This document shows, piece after piece, positions 1 through 8,706 of a stretch of DNA of 30,723 bases. Position 1 is the first letter of the stretch. Each line of letters starts with the position of its first letter. The stretch comes from a candidate division WOR-3 bacterium. GTDB lineage: Bacteria; Hydrothermota; Tepidihabitantia; Tepidihabitantales; Tepidihabitantaceae. The notes under the pieces are model-generated. The model did not search any database, was not told where the DNA came from, and saw nothing but the letters and a program-made list of their open reading frames with translations. Made by a program: the position numbers and the translations under genes. The DNA is taken from contig CBFGJX010000024.1 of assembly GCA_965649225.1 (NCBI GenBank), forward strand, positions 1-30,723. The letters are read 5' to 3'.

Positions 1-231
1 TTGTCGACCGACAGGGTTGATTCGGTTGCCCAAGGCCGGATCTGGGCTGGCAGTGACGCCTGTGCTGTTGGCCTGGCTGATTCGCTGGGCGGGCTGCGAT
101 CAGCGCTGAATTGTGCCCGGGTTCTGGCGGGACTGGATGAGTGCGAGTATCGGTTGTATCAGAGCGGTGGTCTTGCGACGGAGTTCAGTGAACTTCTTGC
201 GCAAAAGGCAATGGAGGTGCTGTGGCGATGA
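1..231 (+). CDS. sppA: Signal peptide peptidase SppA (S49), C-terminal fragment; 5' end lies outside the window
   Basis: VDSVAQGRIWAGSDACAVGLADSLGGL matches the SppA C-terminal pattern (v.iaqGRvwtG.dA...GLvD.lGgl). Stop overlaps the next ATG (ATGA at 228-231). Confidence 0.75.
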   Translation: MSTDRVDSVAQGRIWAGSDACAVGLADSLGGLRSALNCARVLAGLDECEYRLYQSGGLATEFSELLAQKAMEVLWR

Positions 232-545
232 AGCGAGAGAAAGTCGGCCGAAGTCGGAGCAGCCGCGGTGACAATGTCGTTGTCTGTCGTTGCGAAGAAG
301 TCACCGAGGCCGAAGTCCGGGCGGCAATCCGGCGCGGCTACCATTCGCTGGAGGAAATAAAACGGGTGCTGCGGACCGGGATGGGACACTGTCAGGGCCG
401 GGGGTGTCTGCGAGTCATTGCCCGTCTGATCGCCGAGGAAACCGGGATCAATCCGGCGGAGCAGCGCTACCCCCGAGCAAGGCCGCCACTGAAACCACTG
501 CCGCTGGGAATACTGGCACGGAGCGAACGTGAATCGAACAGCTGA
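228..545 (+). CDS. BFD-like (2Fe-2S)-binding protein, small subunit of a sarcosine oxidase/proline dehydrogenase-like complex
   Basis: VCRCEEVT...EIKRVLRTGMGHCQGRGC and a C-terminal ARPPLKP motif. GGAGGT at 213-218 precedes ATG 228. Confidence 0.85.
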   Translation: MKREKVGRSRSSRGDNVVVCRCEEVTEAEVRAAIRRGYHSLEEIKRVLRTGMGHCQGRGCLRVIARLIAEETGINPAEQRYPRARPPLKPLPLGILARSERESNS

Positions 546-1662
546 TGTTGTTGTCATCGGTGCCGGCGTAATCGGTGCGGCGACTGCATACTATCTGGCA
601 CGGCGCGGGCGCAAAGTTGTGATACTGGAGCGAGACTATCCCTGCGCCGGTTCTACCGGTCGGTGCATCGGCGGCATCCGGGCGCAGTTTTCGCATGACC
701 TGACGATTCGCGTCATGCTGCAAAGCGTTCGGATGTTCAGCGAACTGAGCGAAGAGCTGGATGTTGATATTGAATGGCACCAGGGCGGTTACCTGTTTCT
801 CGCCTTTGATGAGGCACGGCGCAGGGCGTTTCTTGAAGCGATTAAAATTCAAACCGGTTACGGCCTGAAAGTAGAATTCATCTCACCCGACGTCTGCGCC
901 GAAATCGTGCCTGGCCTGGCAACCGATGGGCTGCTGGGTGGAGCCTGGTGTCCTACCGACGGGCAGGCCAATCCCTTCCGGGTGACTTTCGGATATCTGG
1001 AAGCGGCGCGCCGGCTCGGGGCCGAACTGCTGGTCGGCGCGGAGGTGGTTGGAGTTACCCTTCAGGGCGACCGGGTTCGGTCGGTCACGACCCGGCGGGG
1101 AGATGAGTTTTTCTGCGACCAGGTGCTCAATGCCGCCGGCTGCTGGTCGGGTGCAGTCGGGGCACTGGCCGGCGTCAGTGTTCCGGTCAAGCCAGATCGG
1201 CACGAGTCAATTGTGACCGAAGCGGTCGAACGGGTCTTCGAGCCGATGCTGGTGGATTACCGTCCGGACGGTTGTTATTTCGTCCAGCATGTCGGAACTG
1301 GACACTTCCTCGGCTGCTACACGCCGGTTCCAATTGTGCCGGGTGACCGGGTCGATTCCAGCGATGAGTTTCTGACCGAGATGCCGCGACGGATGGTTCG
1401 ACTGGTGCCACGGCTGGCTGGGGTGAAGGTTCTGCGCCAGTGGGCTGGGTCATACGAGATGACTCCGGATGGAAATCCGATTTGCAGTGCGACTCCGGTG
1501 CGGGGGTTCTATGTCTCGAGCGGGATGAGCGGACACGGCTTCATGTTTGCTCCGGCACTGGGACGGCTGGTAGCGGAAATGATGGACTGCGGACAGGCAT
1601 CGATTCCGCTTGATGAATTCCGGCTTGACCGTAACTGGGGCAAAACCGAAGCGATGAAGTAG
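529..1662 (+). CDS. FAD-dependent oxidoreductase, DAO family (sarcosine oxidase beta / dye-linked L-proline dehydrogenase beta-like)
   Basis: VVVIGAGVIG Rossmann motif, GSTGRCIGGIR, RQWAGSYEMTPDGNPI, GMSGHGFMFAP. Overlaps the 2Fe-2S gene. Confidence 0.9.
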   Translation: MNRTADVVVIGAGVIGAATAYYLARRGRKVVILERDYPCAGSTGRCIGGIRAQFSHDLTIRVMLQSVRMFSELSEELDVDIEWHQGGYLFLAFDEARRRAFLEAIKIQTGYGLKVEFISPDVCAEIVPGLATDGLLGGAWCPTDGQANPFRVTFGYLEAARRLGAELLVGAEVVGVTLQGDRVRSVTTRRGDEFFCDQVLNAAGCWSGAVGALAGVSVPVKPDRHESIVTEAVERVFEPMLVDYRPDGCYFVQHVGTGHFLGCYTPVPIVPGDRVDSSDEFLTEMPRRMVRLVPRLAGVKVLRQWAGSYEMTPDGNPICSATPVRGFYVSSGMSGHGFMFAPALGRLVAEMMDCGQASIPLDEFRLDRNWGKTEAMK

Positions 1663-1675
1663 TTCTCGAGTTTGA

Positions 1676-1720
1676 TGAAGCGGCGGGGGGGGGGGGCACC
1701 ACCCCCCCCCCGCCGCTTCA
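1676..1720. terminator. GC-rich hairpin between convergent genes, probable bidirectional terminator or pause site
   Basis: TGAAGCGGC-G12-CACCA-C10-GCCGCTTCA forms an inverted repeat between the stops at 1662 (+) and 1732 (-). No clear U-tract on either side. Confidence 0.6.
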
Positions 1721-1731
1721 GTCTGACAGCG

Positions 1732-2043
1732 TTACCAGCGATTGCCGGAAGAGTTGTCGTTCCGATTGGGGCGACGATTGCCGCGGTCGCCCTCGGCACG
1801 CGCACGCGCTTCATTGACGGTCAGCGGGCGGCCCGCCATCTGGTACTGATTCAGAGCTGCCACTGCCGCCGCGGCGGCTTCGTCGGTTGCCATCTCGACG
1901 AAACCGAAGCCGCGTGACCGTTCAGTGTAGCGGTCCTTGACTATTTCTGCCGAGACGACTTCGCCATGCTGAGAGAAAAGCTGACGCAGCTCTTCCTCAG
2001 TAGCGCTGAAAGGCAGATTGCCCACGAACACACGCTTACCCAT
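1732..2043 (-). CDS. RRM (RNP-1) RNA-binding protein
   Basis: RNP2 VFVGNL, RNP1 RSRGFGFVEM, then LTVNEAR and an R/G/N-rich tail. GGAGG lies upstream of the ATG. Confidence 0.95.
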   Translation of the reverse strand: MGKRVFVGNLPFSATEEELRQLFSQHGEVVSAEIVKDRYTERSRGFGFVEMATDEAAAAAVAALNQYQMAGRPLTVNEARARAEGDRGNRRPNRNDNSSGNRW

Positions 2044-2283
2044 CGACCATGCCTCCAGTGAACAGGTTTGAGCTTGCTAATCGTTTGGATTGCGGCTGCG
2101 GGCAGTACTGAAGCCTGAGGCAAGGACGGTTTGGGGTTGCCCGGAGCGTGCCGGGGTCAGCCTCCGCATCTCGCCGGCCAGCGATGCCTGTCCAGACGCA
2201 TGAACCCTATTCGACCACAAGCCAGCCGGGGCCGGTTATCTCTGTTGGTCGGGCGCGGGCCCCGTTCGGCGTCCAACAGTAAA

Positions 2284-2311
2284 ATAGTAGTCTGGCCGGT
2301 TGTGATGTCAA
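2284..2311 (-). promoter_or_regulatory. Putative sigma70 promoter for the RRM gene
   Basis: Minus strand TTGACA (2311-2306), 16 bp, TACTAT (2289-2284). Implies a leader of about 230 nt. Confidence 0.6.
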
Positions 2312-2330
2312 CAGGGTTCAGACTGGCTGC

Positions 2331-2358
2331 TTGACTTGGCAATTGTCACGACTAGGAT
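2331..2358 (+). promoter_or_regulatory. Putative sigma70 promoter for the V/A-ATPase operon
   Basis: TTGACT (2331-2336), 16 bp, TAGGAT (2353-2358). ATG follows at 2370. Confidence 0.55.
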
Positions 2359-2369
2359 GGAGTGGTGCC

Positions 2370-2696
2370 ATGAAAAATCAGGACGACGTTGTTGCTGTGC
2401 TGAAAGCCGCTGAGGCCCGGGTCAATGCTGAAGTCGCCGCCGCGCTGGAGCGAAAGGCGCTGGCGATTGCCGAAGCGAATCGTCGCGCCGCCGAGATGCT
2501 GACGGCGGCACGCGAGACTGCACGCCGAGAGCGGGAGTCAATACTTGCTCAGGCACGGGCCGAGGCGGAACGCATCAAGGCTGATGCCGATAATCAGGCT
2601 GGTCAGGTAGTTGCCGATGCCGAAAAGGTTGATGCTCCCCGCCTTGAGCGAGCTGTCCGCGCGGTGGTGGACATCCTTCTAGCCGAGTGGCACTAG
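2370..2696 (+). CDS. V/A-type ATPase peripheral stalk subunit H/G
   Basis: About 108 aa Ala/Glu/Arg coiled coil (VLKAAEA...A.E.ARRERE.IL..ARAEAE.IK), directly upstream of subunit I. Confidence 0.7.
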   Translation: MKNQDDVVAVLKAAEARVNAEVAAALERKALAIAEANRRAAEMLTAARETARRERESILAQARAEAERIKADADNQAGQVVADAEKVDAPRLERAVRAVVDILLAEWH

Positions 2697-4933
2697 AACC
2701 AGTAACCAAAGTCGCCATTGCTGTTCACCGCAGCGACGAGGCCAGATTGCTGGCCCGGCTGCAGCAACAGGAGCTGCTTCATATCGTTGATACCTTTTCC
2801 GCGACCGAGTCGGTGACCCGGTCTGGTGGTGAGGCTTCGGCAACGGAATACGAGTTGCAGCGCAGAGTGGCGGCGGCGATTGAGAAACTGGAGGCCCGAA
2901 CCCGGCGTTCCTCATTTTTGTCGGGCCTGGCCGGCGGGCGCCTGACGATGAATCGGGATGAGTTTGAACGGACGGCGAAAGACTACGACCCGGCGCCGGT
3001 ACTGGAACGGATGGCTGCGGTTGAGCGGCGGCGTGCCGAGCTTGAGTCGAAACTCAAGAGTCTGGAGTCCGAGCAAAAGCGGCTCGAACCCTGGGCCGGG
3101 TTGCCGGCTGTGCCCGCTGATGCTTATCGGCTTGAGCGGGTCAGGATAGTTTTCGGCCGTTTCGCCGTTGCTACTGACCCTGACTGGGTTGCTGCGCAGT
3201 TAGCTTCCACGCCGGTACAGCTTGTCTGGGCTGCAGCCGGGCCGACCGATGTCCTGGTCGAGCTGGCGGCGATGCGCGATGAATGGGACGGGGTAGGCGA
3301 TGTTCTGACTCAGCTTGGTTTTGAGCCGGTTGACCTGCACGGACTGGAGGTACGTCCCGCTGAAGCGCTGGCCGACATTGCCCGCCAGCGCGTCGCCGTC
3401 GAGGAGCAGCTGGGGTCGCTGGAGGCGGAGCTGCAGGAGGCAGGTCAGGAACTGCTGAAGCTGAAGATCGCCGCCGACGCGGCGGCCGACCGCGCTGAAC
3501 TGAATGCTGTCCGGGAACGACTGTTGGGTACCGAGACGGCCGTCGTAATTGTGGGTTGGGTCAGGCGGCGCGACCTGCCGCGGTTGGAACGCAACGTTGC
3601 CGAGGTGGCCGCAGCAGTTGAGACGATTGAACCGGCAGCGGACGAGGAACCACCGGTTGCACTGACGAACCCGAGGCCGTTTCGTCCGTTTGAGCTGGTG
3701 CTCGAGCTTTTCAGTCTGCCTTCGCCCCGCGAGCTTGATCCGACGGTACTGCTGGTGCCTTTCTTTGTTGCCTCTTTCGGTCTCTGTCTGACCGATGCGG
3801 GTTACGGGATTGTGACCGCACTGCTGGCGTGGTTGATGCTCCGCAAGCTCGGTCCGGGCAACAAGCTTGCGGGAATAATTCTGTGGGGCGCACTGGCGAC
3901 GATACCGGCCGGGGCGATTGTCGGCAGCTGGTTTGGAGACCTGCCGGAACGGTTGGGTTGGAACTGGTTTGTCCAAGCGAAAAACAGCATCATGTGGTTT
4001 GACCCTGTCAAAGAGCCGATGAAGTTTTTCATCCTTTCACTGGCGTTTGGCTATCTCCACATGATGTACGGTTTCTTGATTGAGATTGCCGACTGTGTCC
4101 GGGTCCGGGACTGGCGTGGGGCATTGCTGGGCCAGCTGCCGTGGTTTGTTTTCCTTAATGGTCTGGTTGCTTTGGTGCTGCTGGCGGGACGGCTGGTACC
4201 GGCTGCGCGCGCTGGGCTGATGGTGCTGACGCTTGCCGGTGTCGCCGGGATTATCTGTTTTACGCGCCATGACGGTGCTCTGGGCCGGCGGGCGCTGTGG
4301 TTCATTCTGCTGACTTCCTCGCTGGTAAGGCTGGCGGCAATGCTGGGCTGGTTGCCGGTTTCTTTTGCGCTGGCCAGATGGATTGTCTGGGCAGTGGCGG
4401 GTCTGCTTGCCGGCACTGCGCTGATTGGGATTGTCAGGTCTCGTCGTGTCAGCGTGCCGCTGGTGCTGTTGGCGGTGCTCAGCTTCGCGGCGATTCTGGG
4501 CGGCGCTATCGGCGTGGTGTCAGGTGCGGTGGCGCTGCCGCTGGCGCTGGTCTTTCCGTTGGCCGAGCCGGCGGGCAGGGGGCAGTTGTCGGCGCTGGCC
4601 TGGGGAGGCTATGCTCTTTACGGGGCAACCAGCTATGTCGGGGTTGTCTTGTCATATATCCGGTTGATGGCACTGGGAATGGTGACCGGTGGCATTGCCG
4701 TTACCATCAATGTCATAGCATGGATGGTGGCCGGAGTACCGCTGGTGGGACCGCTGTTGACTGCCGTGGTGCTAGTGTTTGGTCACGCATACAATATTGC
4801 CGTCAACGTGCTCGGCGCCTTTGTTCACACCCTCAGATTGAACTACGTTGAGTTTTTCCCGAGGTTTTACGTCGGGGGCGGTGAGGCGTTTCGACCATTT
4901 CGTGAGGTTCATCAGTTTGTCAGTGTCAAATGA
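2687..4933 (+). CDS. ntpI: V/A-type ATP synthase subunit I (a)
   Basis: PPVALTN, ELDPT, FGLCLTDAGYG, LSYIRLMALG with the essential Arg, and HTLRLNYVEFFPRFYVGGGEAFRPF. Confidence 0.95.
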   Translation: MALEPVTKVAIAVHRSDEARLLARLQQQELLHIVDTFSATESVTRSGGEASATEYELQRRVAAAIEKLEARTRRSSFLSGLAGGRLTMNRDEFERTAKDYDPAPVLERMAAVERRRAELESKLKSLESEQKRLEPWAGLPAVPADAYRLERVRIVFGRFAVATDPDWVAAQLASTPVQLVWAAAGPTDVLVELAAMRDEWDGVGDVLTQLGFEPVDLHGLEVRPAEALADIARQRVAVEEQLGSLEAELQEAGQELLKLKIAADAAADRAELNAVRERLLGTETAVVIVGWVRRRDLPRLERNVAEVAAAVETIEPAADEEPPVALTNPRPFRPFELVLELFSLPSPRELDPTVLLVPFFVASFGLCLTDAGYGIVTALLAWLMLRKLGPGNKLAGIILWGALATIPAGAIVGSWFGDLPERLGWNWFVQAKNSIMWFDPVKEPMKFFILSLAFGYLHMMYGFLIEIADCVRVRDWRGALLGQLPWFVFLNGLVALVLLAGRLVPAARAGLMVLTLAGVAGIICFTRHDGALGRRALWFILLTSSLVRLAAMLGWLPVSFALARWIVWAVAGLLAGTALIGIVRSRRVSVPLVLLAVLSFAAILGGAIGVVSGAVALPLALVFPLAEPAGRGQLSALAWGGYALYGATSYVGVVLSYIRLMALGMVTGGIAVTINVIAWMVAGVPLVGPLLTAVVLVFGHAYNIAVNVLGAFVHTLRLNYVEFFPRFYVGGGEAFRPFREVHQFVSVK

Positions 4934-4942
4934 TTTCCTTGA

Positions 4943-5431
<489 letters not shown>

Positions 5432-5433
5432 TC

Positions 5434-5979
5434 ATGGGTGTGAGTGACCTGATTGAGCGGATTGAGCGTGATGGCCGGGAACGGGTTGCGGCAATCGATG
5501 CTGAGCGCGATCGGCAGGTTGCCGAAACCCAGCAGCGTGCTGCGGTTGAGGCCGAGGCGCTGGTCGGTTCTTCGGCTGCTGCCGCCCGACGCGAGGCCGA
5601 GCAGCTGGTTCGGCAGGCCGAGGGTGTTGCCCGGCTGATGCTCAGAAACGCCCGACTGGCAGCCCGCTGGTGTCTGATTGACCGTGTGCTCGCAATGGCA
5701 CTGGAGCGCTTTCGGCGACTGCCCGAATACCAGAGTCGACTCGCCGAGCTCGTCCGGTCGGCCCAGAGCGCAGGCGGGACGGTGGCAGTCGGTGTTGAGG
5801 ATGCCTCTGTGCTGCGGGAGGGCGGACTGAAGGTTGAGGTCGCACCGATCAAGGGCGGCGCAATAGTCAGCTATCAGCGGCACGATGAAGACCATACGCT
5901 GGATTCGATGATTGAGGATGTCCGTCGGGACCGACTTGCCCCACTGGTCACGGAACTTTTCCCGACCGACGGTAACTGA
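5434..5979 (+). CDS. ntpE: V/A-type ATP synthase subunit E
   Basis: N-terminal LIERIE coiled coil and C-terminal IKGGAIV...HTLDSMIE resemble subunit E. Located right after K. Confidence 0.7.
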   Translation: MGVSDLIERIERDGRERVAAIDAERDRQVAETQQRAAVEAEALVGSSAAAARREAEQLVRQAEGVARLMLRNARLAARWCLIDRVLAMALERFRRLPEYQSRLAELVRSAQSAGGTVAVGVEDASVLREGGLKVEVAPIKGGAIVSYQRHDEDHTLDSMIEDVRRDRLAPLVTELFPTDGN

Positions 5980-6061
5980 CCGGCGGCGTTGAAGTTCTCG
6001 GGAGACGGCGGTGCTCCCGGAGTATGAGGATGTCGGTCTTTGACCGGCACCAGCCAGAATC

Positions 6062-7417
6062 ATGCGCATTTGGCTCTTGCAGTTGATGCTGTTCGTGACG
6101 GCAGCTGCCGGCGTAACCCTTCAACGTGCTTACCCTTGGGCTGGTGATGATTACATAATCGGTATTGCCGCTGTTCCGGATGGTGGTTTGTTTGCGGTGG
6201 CTTGTGCTGAATCGACTCCCGGGTTCAGCGGTTTTCGACTGTTGAGACTGACCGGTAACGGCGATACGCTCTGGACCCGGATTGTGGCCATTCCGGGTTC
6301 GTCTTTTCAGGCGCAGGCATTCATCCCAAGCGAGCCGGGTGGCGGGCTGGTAGTCGGACGTCTCAGACGGGAGCGGAGTGACTGGGATAACTGCGCTGTC
6401 GCCATCGATTCGAATGGGGCGTTGCTCTGGTGGAACTCATGGGGTTCGACTGCCGGGGAAGGACTGACTGCGGGTGTGCGTTCCGTTTCGGGCTGGGTTG
6501 TCTGCGGTTATACACTTGAAAACGGAGATTATGACTTCCGCCTCCACTGGCTCGGCGATTCGGGTAGTGTCGTCAGATCAGTGATGATCGTCGAATCCGG
6601 CCCGCAGTATCCCAGCGGCATCGTTGGCGGGAAGTCGGGAACCTTTCTGCTGGTTGTAAATCAGTTGCCTGGCGGCATTCGTTCCAGCTGGGTAACCTTG
6701 ATGAAGTTTGATTCCTCCGGGTCGGTGCTGTGGCAGCGCCGGTATGGCGATGTGCTCTGGAACGAGGCACGGGCACTGGTTCTGTTGCCCGGCGGCGGAG
6801 TGGGAGTGCTGGGGTTCTCGGCCAGCACCGAATACGGCATGCAGGCATTGGCAACCGCTGTTGATTCCAGCGGACAGGTCGGCTGGCTCCGACAATACGG
6901 CGGCAGCGGCAGCGAACGCCTGCTCGGGGGTGCGGTTACGGGTGACGGGTCGTTGGTCGGTTGCGGAGAGACTCAGCCGCTTGGGATTGCTGATGGCGGT
7001 ATCTATCTCGTCCGGATTCGGTCGGACGGTGTCTTGGCTTGGGAGCGGAGAATCTTCGAACCGGCCGGATGCTTTGGTACTGCGATTCTGCCGCTCGGCG
7101 ATACCGGACTGGTAATTGCCGGAGGACTGGGGGTTGCTGGTAACAGGGATGCGTTCGTAGTCTGGACCGATTCTCTGGGACGAGTTGGACTGTCAGACGT
7201 TCCTGCCGAGAGTCCGGTTCTTGCCCGGCCATCCGGCCTGGTCGTGAACGAGGTTTTTCTGCCATCGGGGGGGAGATGGTGCGTCTATGGCGCGGGCGGA
7301 GCGGTAGCTGGCGTCTGGCGGGGTGGGGATATTGTAAACGTGGCACGATTGGCCGTTGGAGTGTACGTCGCAAGGTGTGAAGACGGCCGGTCGATGCGTC
7401 TGGTCAGGATTCGCTGA
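6062..7417 (+). CDS. Secreted repeat beta-propeller protein with T9SS-like C-terminal tail
   Basis: Signal peptide MRIWLLQLMLFVTAAAG. Repeats of the form D/G-S-x-G-xx-LW-x-R-x-YG. C-terminus LAVGVYVARCEDGRSMRLVRIR. Confidence 0.75.
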   Translation: MRIWLLQLMLFVTAAAGVTLQRAYPWAGDDYIIGIAAVPDGGLFAVACAESTPGFSGFRLLRLTGNGDTLWTRIVAIPGSSFQAQAFIPSEPGGGLVVGRLRRERSDWDNCAVAIDSNGALLWWNSWGSTAGEGLTAGVRSVSGWVVCGYTLENGDYDFRLHWLGDSGSVVRSVMIVESGPQYPSGIVGGKSGTFLLVVNQLPGGIRSSWVTLMKFDSSGSVLWQRRYGDVLWNEARALVLLPGGGVGVLGFSASTEYGMQALATAVDSSGQVGWLRQYGGSGSERLLGGAVTGDGSLVGCGETQPLGIADGGIYLVRIRSDGVLAWERRIFEPAGCFGTAILPLGDTGLVIAGGLGVAGNRDAFVVWTDSLGRVGLSDVPAESPVLARPSGLVVNEVFLPSGGRWCVYGAGGAVAGVWRGGDIVNVARLAVGVYVARCEDGRSMRLVRIR

Positions 7418-7439
7418 CCGAGCTGTGACTGTTAAAGAC

Positions 7440-8318
7440 GTGAAGGACCGCGGCAGTCTGCGGTGTCTGGTAACCGGCTGTCGGGGATTGCTGGGGACAG
7501 AGCTGGTGGCCGCACTGAAGTCAGCTGGTCACCAGGTTGTCGGCTGGGATCTGCCCGAGCATGATATCACTGATGTCGAAGCGACAATTTCTGCCATGCA
7601 TAGTGTGGCACCGGCAGTTGTATTTCATCTCGCAGCTTGGACCGATGTCGATGGCTGTGAACTGGACGCGGCCCGTGCCAATGCGGTGAATTTTCAAGGA
7701 ACTTGGGCGGTCGCGCTCGGTGCCGCCGAGCTTCGCTGCCGGATGGTGTTTGTGAGCACTGATTATGTTTTTGACGGTCAGTCACGCGTTCCCTATCGCG
7801 AAAAGGACCGCCCTAACCCGATTTCGGTTTATGGCCGGTCAAAACTGATGGGTGAACAGGCTGTTGTTCGAGTCTGTCGGGATTACTGCATTGTGCGTAC
7901 CAGCTGGCTTTTTGGGAGTGGCGGGCGTAACTTCGTCGATACCATTATGACCAGGGCTGCCATCGAGCCGGAAATTCACGTTGTCGATGACCAGGTTGGC
8001 TCGCCGACCTCGGCTGCCGATCTGGCTCCGGCACTGGTGCAGGTCGGATTCAGTCGCCAGCGCGGCATCTATCACGTTAGCAATGCCGGGCAGTGCAGTT
8101 GGTACGAGCTGGCACAGGCAGTTGTTGAACTGTGCCGACTGAATTGTGTGGTCAAGCCTCAGTCTTCGGCACAGGCCGGACGACCGGCAAGGCGTCCGGC
8201 GTTTTCGGTTCTTGACAATAACCGGTTCAGAAGAAAGTTTGGCTGGTCTCTTCGTCCGTGGCGTGAGGCATTGGCGGATTATGTCGCAACAAAGACGGCA
8301 ACCGGCACTTGCGGTTGA
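7440..8318 (+). CDS. rfbD: dTDP-4-dehydrorhamnose reductase (start GTG 7440 or 7425)
   Basis: LVTGCRGLLG, HLAAWTDVDGCE, STDYVFDG, YGRSKLMGE, RTSWLF, VDDQVGSPT, ARRPAFSVL. Confidence 0.95.
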   Translation: MKDRGSLRCLVTGCRGLLGTELVAALKSAGHQVVGWDLPEHDITDVEATISAMHSVAPAVVFHLAAWTDVDGCELDAARANAVNFQGTWAVALGAAELRCRMVFVSTDYVFDGQSRVPYREKDRPNPISVYGRSKLMGEQAVVRVCRDYCIVRTSWLFGSGGRNFVDTIMTRAAIEPEIHVVDDQVGSPTSAADLAPALVQVGFSRQRGIYHVSNAGQCSWYELAQAVVELCRLNCVVKPQSSAQAGRPARRPAFSVLDNNRFRRKFGWSLRPWREALADYVATKTATGTCG

Positions 8319-8706
8319 CTGTATCGTTCGCAGCCGGGAGCGGATCCTGATTATCGAGCGGCGTCGGCCGCCATTCGGCTGGGCATTGCCAGGTGGTATG
8401 GTTGAGTACGGCGAAACGGTCGAGTCGGCGGTGAGGCGTGAAGTGCTTGAGGAGACAGGTGTCGAACTGACCAACCTCAGACTGTTCGGAGTCTACTCTG
8501 ACCCAGCCCGTGATCCGCGGGGGCACTGCGTCTCAGTTGTCTTTGTTGCTGATGCGATGGGTTCACCAGCGGCTGGAGATGATGCGAAGGCAGTGCAGAC
8601 AATTGACATCGATGACCCCAATCGTCCCAGACTGGTGTTTGATCACGAAACAATACTGTCCGACTATCGGGAATCAGCGCCGGGACGAGCAGTTCAGCCG
8701 GGGTAG
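8281..8706 (+). CDS. Nudix hydrolase (ADP-ribose pyrophosphatase-like)
   Basis: WALPGG, Nudix box GMVEYGETVESAVRREVLEETG, YSDPARDPRGH, AGDDA, LVFDH. Confidence 0.93.
   Translation: MSQQRRQPALAVDCIVRSRERILIIERRRPPFGWALPGGMVEYGETVESAVRREVLEETGVELTNLRLFGVYSDPARDPRGHCVSVVFVADAMGSPAAGDDAKAVQTIDIDDPNRPRLVFDHETILSDYRESAPGRAVQPG

Noticed and set aside
1509..1917. ORFs encoding RRGGGAPPPPRR
   Set aside because: These are translations of the G/C hairpin and overlap real genes.
2044..2330. tRNA, SRP, 6S, tmRNA or small ORFs in the intergenic gap
   Set aside because: No T-loop or cloverleaf, SRP motif or end-to-end rod pairing seen. The small ORFs lack an SD and any recognisable features.
5995..6025. 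Weak hairpin GGGAG...CTCCC after ntpE
   Set aside because: The stem is short and has no U-tract, too weak to call a terminator.
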